Source of the DNA: a virus
Taxonomy: Duplodnaviria > Caudoviricetes
Length of the DNA: 24,411 nucleotides
IMG/VR virus record: IMGVR_UViG_3300044580_000017
Span: 1-24,411 of that record
Strand: one strand, 5' to 3'
The position numbers and the translations under genes were made by a program. Below are positions 17,770 to 24,356 of the stretch, in pieces; within the stretch, counting starts at the first letter, position 1, and each line of letters begins with the position of its first letter. The notes beneath the pieces were generated by a model, which saw nothing but the letters and a program-made list of their open reading frames with translations, did no database searches and was not told where the DNA came from.

Positions 17770-18528
17770 TCACGCAGGAGAGAGCGAATGTCGGCATCTC
17801 GGGTGGAAGACGCCATAGTACGAGATCGCCTCCGAGAGCGTCATTATGTCCCGTCCTTGATACGAGACGGTCGCTCCAGTGACCGAGTACGGGCCTCCCA
17901 AGACCGAAGGCGGGCAGCCGTCAGGGTAGTCCATCGGACCGACGATGTTGACGAGGTCTCTGCCGGAAGCCACGACCCTGTCCTTCACGCCAGCGTTCTC
18001 CGCCTCCATCGTGACGGTACGCGCAGCCATCTCCGCATAGGTCTTGAGCTTCCATCTCCGGCCTGCTGCATCGGTGAACCCGGTGATCCCTGCATCCCTC
18101 AGTGTCCGCTCCATCTCCACAGCGAGTCCACGCGCACCGAGGGCGTAGCGGGTGCGCTGGAACTCAGCAAGGGCGGCCCGCCGCGCCTCTGCCGCGTAGA
18201 ACTGCGATGCAAGGTCGTCGAGCCTGCGGACGGCTGTCTCCGTCATCGAGCGGAACTGGGCGTCGGCGGTCGTCATCAACCCGTCGATGACCTCGCCGGA
18301 GAAGGAGACTTCCTCGCCATAGAGCGCCGGGATCGCTTCCTGAATCCAGACCTGCGCCTGCTGGTACGCCTGCCACAGAACGGCTTTGGCTTCTGCCGTC
18401 GCCGCAGATACCCCCTCGGGTATACCTGCCGCATACGCGGCGACAAGGATGGCGATGACGGCATCCTCGACATCCTCGTACATCTGGTCGATGCGCTCGG
18501 CCTCGGCTTCCCGGTCGGCGTAAGCCAC
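17770..18528 (-). CDS. Minor capsid / head morphogenesis protein
   Basis: GITGFTDAAGRRWKLKTYAEMAARTV and GVFHPRCRHSL motifs. Follows the portal. GAGGT SD with GTG start. Confidence 0.9.
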   Translation of the reverse strand: MAYADREAEAERIDQMYEDVEDAVIAILVAAYAAGIPEGVSAATAEAKAVLWQAYQQAQVWIQEAIPALYGEEVSFSGEVIDGLMTTADAQFRSMTETAVRRLDDLASQFYAAEARRAALAEFQRTRYALGARGLAVEMERTLRDAGITGFTDAAGRRWKLKTYAEMAARTVTMEAENAGVKDRVVASGRDLVNIVGPMDYPDGCPPSVLGGPYSVTGATVSYQGRDIMTLSEAISYYGVFHPRCRHSLSPA

Positions 18529-18531
18529 GGT

Positions 18532-19941
18532 CTACCTCGTCGGCTGGAGTTCGGACGGCGTATTCTGAAGCGCCTGCATCCCGGCTCTCGGCGGCAGCGT
18601 GATCGCTGGCGGTGCGGCAGGCTCGGGCTTCTTCTCCTTCTCGATGCGAGCAAGCTCGTCGGCCAGGGCCTTGCCCTCAAGACCATCGAGGCGGATGACA
18701 GAGGACTCGACCGACGTGTTCCCGGCAGCAGCGCGTGTCTGCTCGACCTGCGCCGCTTCCATCGGGTCTTCGGGGAGTCCGTCGCGCCATTCGATGCTGA
18801 CGGTCGAGAGCGTCACGCCTTCGAGTTCGGCTGCTGTCGCGAGGATGTCCCGCACCACGGGGTCGTAGGTCAGGCGGAGACGGTTCACGGCTGCGAGCGG
18901 GGAGATGAGGAGCCGCTTGAGCGCCGAGCCTGACTCCGCCATGCCCTGCTCCAGCTTCCCGAACAGCGCCGGGCAGGTGTCGGTGGCGGCATACAGCTCC
19001 TCACGGAGCATCTTCACCATCTCAAGGTTCGGGAACAGCTGCCCGTCCCAGGTCACGTACCCTGGCTTCTCGTCACCAGTGACGAGCGGGTAGAACCGGC
19101 CCCCCTTGACGCGCCACTCGCCTGTCTTCGGGTCTTGTTCTAGCCCGTTCTCAGGACCGTACATCCCAGGGTCTGAGTGCTTGTCCAAGACCCTCGCCAT
19201 CTGTGCGTAGCGGACCTCCATCTCGGAGAGGATGCTGTCGGCATCCGCGAAGATTGAGTGGCCGCACAGCTCGGCTGACGTGCGCCAGTTCGGCGCGTGG
19301 AAGATGAGCATCCCCTTCACGCCGGAGCGCACCCTGCTCGTCTCGGTGATCTCCACGATCTTGCTGCCGTCGTAGTTGAGCGTGAACGTGAACGTGTCGA
19401 TGTACCCAGGGCTATGCACCTCTGCCTTGCCGACCCACCTCGGGTTGCCCTCGTCCCCACGGTTGACCTTCCATGCAAGGACGTGGCCTATGACAGAACG
19501 TACATCGTCCTCCTCGACCACCGGGAACCAGAACTTCGGCGGCTGGAGCGTGAGCGTCGCCTTGCCGTTGCGCTTTCTGAGCTTCAGCACGCCGTCGCCG
19601 TAGGAGACCGTGTCCCCGCACGCCTCATGGAGGTTGCGCCAGAGTCCGAGCCGCCTCACGAGGTCGTCGAGATAGTCCTGCTGTGTGCTGTCCTGGCACT
19701 TGATACGCCCAGGCTCCCCGCACAAGAGGTCGGCGAAGATGAGCCTCGTCTTGCGTAGCCACGGCAGGTCGATCTCGATGATGGTCCCGTCGTCGCGCAT
19801 GAGACGCATGAACGAGTCCAAGAAGACCTCGCCGTGCTCCCCTTCCAAGAGGTCATCGACGTGTTCGCACGTCTGGAGCCTCGATGCGTCCGAGGGCGGG
19901 AACGGTGCGCCGGGGCGGATCACGTCAAGAGATGTCAGCAT
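18532..19941 (-). CDS. Portal protein (SPP1 gp6-like)
   Basis: FADLLCGEP, YGDGVLK, P..WFP, LDKHSDP, YVTWDGQL, AESGSALK, IEWRDGLPED. Follows terminase. Confidence 0.92.
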   Translation of the reverse strand: MLTSLDVIRPGAPFPPSDASRLQTCEHVDDLLEGEHGEVFLDSFMRLMRDDGTIIEIDLPWLRKTRLIFADLLCGEPGRIKCQDSTQQDYLDDLVRRLGLWRNLHEACGDTVSYGDGVLKLRKRNGKATLTLQPPKFWFPVVEEDDVRSVIGHVLAWKVNRGDEGNPRWVGKAEVHSPGYIDTFTFTLNYDGSKIVEITETSRVRSGVKGMLIFHAPNWRTSAELCGHSIFADADSILSEMEVRYAQMARVLDKHSDPGMYGPENGLEQDPKTGEWRVKGGRFYPLVTGDEKPGYVTWDGQLFPNLEMVKMLREELYAATDTCPALFGKLEQGMAESGSALKRLLISPLAAVNRLRLTYDPVVRDILATAAELEGVTLSTVSIEWRDGLPEDPMEAAQVEQTRAAAGNTSVESSVIRLDGLEGKALADELARIEKEKKPEPAAPPAITLPPRAGMQALQNTPSELQPTR

Positions 19942-19945
19942 GTCC

Positions 19946-21388
19946 TCACCAACCTCGCGGTTTACCGATAGGTCCCGCGATACGGCGCGGTGCCTTCATG
20001 GGCGCAAGACAGAGCGCGAGCGCGTCCGACTTGTCTGGCGACCGCCCGAGACGCTTCTTCACCTCTGCCTTCGCTTCCAAGACGATCTTCCCGTTGCGTA
20101 CAAGGTAGCGCACGGCGCGGAGTTCTGACAGTAGCTCGTCGTCAGAAGGCAATGAAAGCTCACCGCGCTCGGCCAGGAGCTTCAGGTTCCAGTAGACCTC
20201 TGCCCTTCGGTTGAAGAACTTGTCAGACTGCATCGCCTGTGAGCCGACGTTCAGCCCCTCGACAGGAAGCCCCGCGCTTGCGAGGATGTCCACGACGCCG
20301 CCGCCGACCCCGATGTCGTCGATGGTGATGAGGTCCGGGGCGTCCTCTGATGACTGGTAGAGCGCCTCGATGTCGTCCGCGACCTGCTTCACGCTCTTGC
20401 GCTCCCACTGCTGGATACCGACGACGCGCGTCCCGCGGGCGCGGTAGAGCACGGTCGTGTCGTCTCCGAACCTGGCGACATCCACGCCCCATCGGTGGTC
20501 TCCATCCATTCCAGGGGCACCGACGCATCGCCTGAGCACCATAGGGTCGATGAGCTTGTCGGCGGAACCGACCATCCCCCATACGCCGTCGATATATGCG
20601 TCCATGAGTTCCGGCGTGTCTGAGTAGAGGTCGCGGATCCTCTCCTCGTAGCCTTGCGGGAGGAACGTGTTGTCCCGCATGAGCGACTGGACGAACAGCT
20701 CGTCGCCCTTCGGGTCGTCCACGATCCTCTGGAGCCAGCAGTCCTCGGGGTTCGACGTGATGAGGACGTAGCCGAAACGCAGGCTGCGCTCGTTCCGTCC
20801 TGGCCGTGTGATGAGTAGCCGCGCCGGGGCCTCCTCCGTGTCCGACGCTTCCTCGATGACCGCTGCGTCCAGCTCCATCGACTTCACGCGCTCGGCGTCC
20901 TCGGCAGAACCGAGGCCCCCGTACTCGATGCGGCTGCCGTTCTCGTGCCTGAACACCATGTCGTGCTTCAGGTGCTTCCATCCTGGGCGGGACAGTATCG
21001 CCACCTGCCGGAGCATCGTGTCGAGCGTCGTGCGGGTGAACGCCTTTGCCTCGTTGCGGCACATATAGACGCGGAACCCGGTGACGCGCTCGCACGTCTG
21101 CACGGTCTTGGCGCACGCATAGAAGCTCTTGCCGCCGCCGACCGCCCCTCCGAACAGGACGACAGGGATGCCGCCGATGGTCTTATGCCGCGCTGCGATC
21201 TCGGCACGCTTCTCCTCGATGAGCCGGTTGCACTCTGCCTGCCGTGCGTGCCATGTGAACTCTAGCGCCTTCGCCTGCTGGTAGCGCGAGAGAAGGACGG
21301 CGAGCGCCTCCCTGTCCTTCTTCGGAAGGGCGCGGAGGAGCTTGGCACGCTCCGCCGTCTCCATGTCCAGGAAATCAGCTATCTGCAC
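19946..21388 (-). CDS. terL: Terminase large subunit
   Basis: Walker A GGAVGGGKS, Walker B AAVIEEA, coupling motif ITSNP. Nuclease motifs GVDVARFGDD, IDDIGVGGGVVD and SPDKSDALAL. Start re-assigned to GTG 21388 (GAGGA SD); the 48 upstream codons lie inside the acetyltransferase gene. Confidence 0.95.
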   Translation of the reverse strand: MQIADFLDMETAERAKLLRALPKKDREALAVLLSRYQQAKALEFTWHARQAECNRLIEEKRAEIAARHKTIGGIPVVLFGGAVGGGKSFYACAKTVQTCERVTGFRVYMCRNEAKAFTRTTLDTMLRQVAILSRPGWKHLKHDMVFRHENGSRIEYGGLGSAEDAERVKSMELDAAVIEEASDTEEAPARLLITRPGRNERSLRFGYVLITSNPEDCWLQRIVDDPKGDELFVQSLMRDNTFLPQGYEERIRDLYSDTPELMDAYIDGVWGMVGSADKLIDPMVLRRCVGAPGMDGDHRWGVDVARFGDDTTVLYRARGTRVVGIQQWERKSVKQVADDIEALYQSSEDAPDLITIDDIGVGGGVVDILASAGLPVEGLNVGSQAMQSDKFFNRRAEVYWNLKLLAERGELSLPSDDELLSELRAVRYLVRNGKIVLEAKAEVKKRLGRSPDKSDALALCLAPMKAPRRIAGPIGKPRGW

Positions 21389-21765
21389 AGCTTCCTCACG
21401 AACCTCGCCGGGTTGCCTGCCCAAAGCTCGTGCGCCGGGACATCGTGCGTGACGACGCTGCCAGCGCCGACGACGGCTCCATCGCCGATGCTCATGCACG
21501 ACGGCAGCACGATGGCACGGGCACCGACCCACGCGCCCTTGCCGACGACGAGCGGGGAGAACAACGTGGAGGAGATGTCCTGAGGGTCGTGGTCGTGCGT
21601 GAGGACGAGCACGTCCTCGCTGATGACGGCCCCGTCACGGAGCGTGATGTCCGCGCTCGTGTCGAGCGATGCACGCCTGCCGATGCTGACGTTCCTCCCG
21701 AGCTTCAGCGAACCGCCGTGACGCTCGCGGTCGATGACCTCATAGGAGAGCGGACGGTCGCTCAT
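21379..21765 (-). CDS. Hexapeptide-repeat (left-handed beta-helix) O-acetyltransferase, WcaF/Maa-like
   Basis: LGRNVSIG, VLTHDH, VGKGAWVGARAIVLP, IGDGAVVGAGSVVTHDVP, WAGNPAR. Start re-assigned to ATG 21765 (ATGA overlap with the upstream micro-ORF). Confidence 0.9.
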   Translation of the reverse strand: MSDRPLSYEVIDRERHGGSLKLGRNVSIGRRASLDTSADITLRDGAVISEDVLVLTHDHDPQDISSTLFSPLVVGKGAWVGARAIVLPSCMSIGDGAVVGAGSVVTHDVPAHELWAGNPARFVRKLCR

Positions 21766-21857
21766 CGGTCGTGCGGGTCCTTCGACGAGAAGACGACGAG
21801 CGCCGTCAGCATCCCCAGCGCGTAGGCGACGGCTATGCTCCACGGACACTCCTGCAT
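21762..21857 (-). CDS. 31-aa single-TM micro-protein
   Basis: Not in the ORF track: MQECPWSIAVAYALGMLTALVVFSSKDPHDR*. GGAG SD 5 nt upstream. Its stop overlaps the next ATG (ATGA). Confidence 0.6.
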   Translation of the reverse strand: MQECPWSIAVAYALGMLTALVVFSSKDPHDR

Positions 21858-21865
21858 CGGTGCTC

Positions 21866-21976
21866 CTATCGCCGCTTCTTGCGCCGCTGCCTCTTGGTGT
21901 GCCGTGCCCACCTCCGGGCGATCCTCGGGTGCTTGGCGAACATGTACCTGCGCTGGCGGGCCGACTTGAACGGCAT
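21866..21976 (-). CDS. 36-aa highly basic micro-protein (MPFKS...)
   Basis: MPFKSARQRRYMFAKHPRIARRWARHTKRQRRKKRR with a GAGGTG SD. It is the C-terminal part of the 104-aa track ORF. From memory it resembles small phage peptides starting MPFKS.KQRR. Confidence 0.7.
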   Translation of the reverse strand: MPFKSARQRRYMFAKHPRIARRWARHTKRQRRKKRR

Positions 21977-22035
21977 GGCTCTCACCTCACCGCTGAGGAT
22001 ACCACCACGACCGTTCGTCGGACAGCAGGAGAAAT

Positions 22036-22052
22036 ATACCCCGAGGGGGTAT
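22036..22052. promoter_or_regulatory. Palindromic operator ATACCCC-GAG-GGGGTAT overlapping a minus-strand -10-like TATATT
   Basis: Perfect 7-bp arms, about 60 bp upstream of the first gene of the packaging operon. Matches the copy at 17735-17751. Confidence 0.75.
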
Positions 22053-22452
22053 TGCATCATCTCCACGGTGACGGCGTATCGTGTCAGCAGGTGGCCAGTC
22101 CCATGCGAGAGGGGTCCTGAAGCAGTGAACACGTCGGTCTCCTTGCGACAGTCCCCCTCTCCGGCCATCACCACCGTCATCCGCCCTTAGAGCACACCGG
22201 ACTCCGCCGGACGCTCAGAGGGCGTCTCTGTCCGGCGGGACGCACACAGCGCGACCGCACCAGCGCGTGGCCTTGCCAGCCCCGTCGTCTAGCCGTCAGA
22301 GGGTCACAGTGCGGTCATGGGCAGGAAACCGCCGCCCTGCACGACGCCATAGAGCGTGCGAAGCCCTCAAGCCCCGCCTCCGGGAGAAACGCGCAGCAAC
22401 TCGCCGGAGGGGGGGTAGGGGGGGTGGCCTGGGTCTCGCACGGCTCGGGCGC

Positions 22453-22513
22453 GGTGACGCTCCCTTTGCGAAGCCCGAGGCGCTCCTGGCATGGTGACAT
22501 CCCTTTGCGAAGC
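22453..22513. repeat. Direct repeat GGTGAC-N1-2-TCCCTTTGCGAAGC, two copies
   Basis: Copies at 22453-22474 and 22493-22513 share an exact 14-bp core. Confidence 0.85.
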
Positions 22514-22967
22514 GGGGGGTGCGAGATGGACAACCGACCGCGACCGCTCGCGATTCTAGGGGGTCGGGGGGTCTTTGGGAGAGCACGCAGCATGACATAA
22601 TACCGATTATCGTGCGTTGCCAGTAGCGGCCAATAAGCCCGTGACCTGCGGCGATGATGCGTAGCACGTCACACACTGATTATTCGGCGATTGCGAGTGC
22701 ATAACTGCCGCGCGGTATTCATACGGTATAGCCAGTTGTAAACCTACTCTCGCTCATGGTTTACAGCGTCGGCACGAGCGCGTGGTGTGTCACTCCCTCC
22801 CCACGATCCTCACCTGCCTAACGCTTGCCGCACATACCCTGCCGAACGCGGCCGCGTGGCAGTCTACGAGCCTATATCCGGCCTCTTGCCGCGCTCGGTG
22901 ATCTTCGGTGCGCTCGGTGCCCACCACGGCCGGATCTGGGCAGTCTCAGACGTGCGGCATTATATCG

Positions 22968-22995
22968 TTGCACTTGTCACCGAATAGGGTATACT
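22968..22995 (+). promoter_or_regulatory. Probable sigma70-type promoter TTGCAC-N16-TATACT for the plus-strand gene
   Basis: Near-consensus hexamers in a locally AT-richer stretch, about 120 bp upstream of ATG 23114. Confidence 0.5.
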
Positions 22996-23050
22996 GCACT
23001 TGACGGCCGCAACCCGACGGCCGCATGGGGCACCTTGACACACCGAATAC

Positions 23051-23068
23051 CGAGTATGTGACTGCCGC
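23051..23068 (+). repeat. Left arm of an 18-bp perfect inverted repeat (CGAGTATGTGACTGCCGC)
   Basis: The exact reverse complement lies at 24278-24295. Confidence 0.9.
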
Positions 23069-23113
23069 ACGAATGAACCATGCCACCATCGGCATGAGAA
23101 TCGGAGCGGCAAG

Positions 23114-24256
23114 ATGAAACAGCAACGAACGATCTACTACCAGGACGGCGCGTTCATGGCCACGCAGCCACCATATGCTGCTGCTGGCATTGAGCTCGGC
23201 GCGTTGATGGCCACGCAGCCACCTAGCCCGTCTGTTATCTACGCGGCGCTCGACAAGTATCTCGGCGACAAGCAAGAACGGCCATCCTATTGGAAACGCA
23301 GCGTGCGGATCCACCGCTGCGGGTGCGATGACGCGATTGCAATCCGACTCTACGCTACCGACGTGTGGCGGTTCTATCCGGCCGGATTCAAGGATTGCGA
23401 CGGCCGGCCGGTATCGTGCCGGATGGCAACGAACGGATGGCGAACGATACAGACGCGCGAGACAATCAACTACTTCGCGCCATTCATCCGTACCGGCCGC
23501 GTCATGGTTGATGCCACGCGCGGCTTCGACTTGATATCGTTCGGACTGCGTGGCGCGATGTACGCATGGGACAAACCCCACGGAATCGGTCTTGACGATA
23601 CGGTATCGTTCGGACCGCGTGGCGCTATGTGGGGCCGGACGATCGGCGCGGAGTTCGGATCGTGGGAGTCGGCAACGCGTGAAGCGAATCGCCGCGCGTA
23701 TCGTCGGCGACGTGACGAACGGATACAACGCGAGATTCGCAATCTTGAGTTGGCGTTGCGCGCGCTTGAGGACCGCGATATGCCGCCATTCGACGCGCAG
23801 ATGATTGCAGACTACTCAGCGGCCGTTCGTGAGGACGAAGCGGCCGCACGACGTGAAGCGGCAGAAGCGGCCGCAGCAATCGCAGCGGCAGAACGTGAAT
23901 ACTTCAACGGCCGCGGCCTCAAGTGCAAGTATCTTGACGGCTCGGCCGACGCGCCTATCAGCAGGCATGATGGTTCGGCGTGGCCGCCGATAGGGCAATG
24001 GCGCGACGATTCGCGCAACTACAGAGGCCTATGCGTCGGCTTGAACGCGTCGGATTGTCCTGCCGACGCGGCCGTATACGTTCGTAATGGTTCTGTGTTC
24101 GCTCTTGTCGAGTGCGACGGTCGATTGACAATCAGCAGCGACAAGAGCACCCACGAACGTATGCGGATCGTGGCAGCGTGGGACATAGGACCTGCCGATA
24201 GCTACCTTGACGTATGGGCGGTACGGCCACCAGACGTTGGTACGTTCATCGTCTGA
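23114..24256 (+). CDS. Hypothetical phage protein, 380 aa, apparently two domains joined by a charged/Ala-rich helix
   Basis: GGAG SD, with an upstream promoter and a downstream terminator. N-terminal AIRLYATDV...TNGWRT.QTRETIN.F and C-terminal LCVGLNAS..P.DA..Y...FALVECDG...SDK...RMRIV resemble uncharacterised phage domains. Confidence 0.75.
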   Translation: MKQQRTIYYQDGAFMATQPPYAAAGIELGALMATQPPSPSVIYAALDKYLGDKQERPSYWKRSVRIHRCGCDDAIAIRLYATDVWRFYPAGFKDCDGRPVSCRMATNGWRTIQTRETINYFAPFIRTGRVMVDATRGFDLISFGLRGAMYAWDKPHGIGLDDTVSFGPRGAMWGRTIGAEFGSWESATREANRRAYRRRRDERIQREIRNLELALRALEDRDMPPFDAQMIADYSAAVREDEAAARREAAEAAAAIAAAEREYFNGRGLKCKYLDGSADAPISRHDGSAWPPIGQWRDDSRNYRGLCVGLNASDCPADAAVYVRNGSVFALVECDGRLTISSDKSTHERMRIVAAWDIGPADSYLDVWAVRPPDVGTFIV

Positions 24257-24277
24257 CAATCGGAGCGATATAGAAAC

Positions 24278-24295
24278 GCGGCAGTCACATACTCG
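24278..24295 (-). repeat. Right arm of the 18-bp perfect inverted repeat (GCGGCAGTCACATACTCG)
   Basis: Reverse complement of 23051-23068. Confidence 0.9.
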
Positions 24296-24311
24296 TTAGG
24301 TGTGTCGGCAG

Positions 24312-24356
24312 ACGGCCGCGCGTGAGTATGTGACGCGCGGCCGTTCGTTGTTCTTC
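24312..24356 (+). terminator. Intrinsic terminator
   Basis: Perfect 12-bp stem ACGGCCGCGCGT / ACGCGCGGCCGT (24312-24323, 24333-24344), 9-nt loop, then T-rich TCGTTGTTCTTC. Confidence 0.7.

Noticed and set aside
21389-21532. N-terminal 48 aa of the 528-aa terminase ORF
   Set aside because: It lies within the acetyltransferase gene in another frame. GTG 21388 has an SD and gives a normal TerL.
331-21825. Numerous long plus-strand ORFs (e.g. 17704-18933, 15030-15914, 6339-7187)
   Set aside because: They are antisense shadows of well-supported minus-strand genes, as expected in GC-rich DNA. They show no motifs and no SD.
22267-22676. ORFs of 76-126 aa as a possible small terminase
   Set aside because: They are low-complexity Arg/Pro/Gly translations of G-run DNA with no HTH or helical TerS character and no SD.
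22946-23728. 260-aa minus-strand ORF
   Set aside because: It is antisense to the 380-aa gene, which has a promoter, SD and terminator.
23051-24295. Autonomous IS element
   Set aside because: The size and inverted repeats fit, but the ORF shows no DDE, HUH or recombinase motif and I see no target-site duplication.
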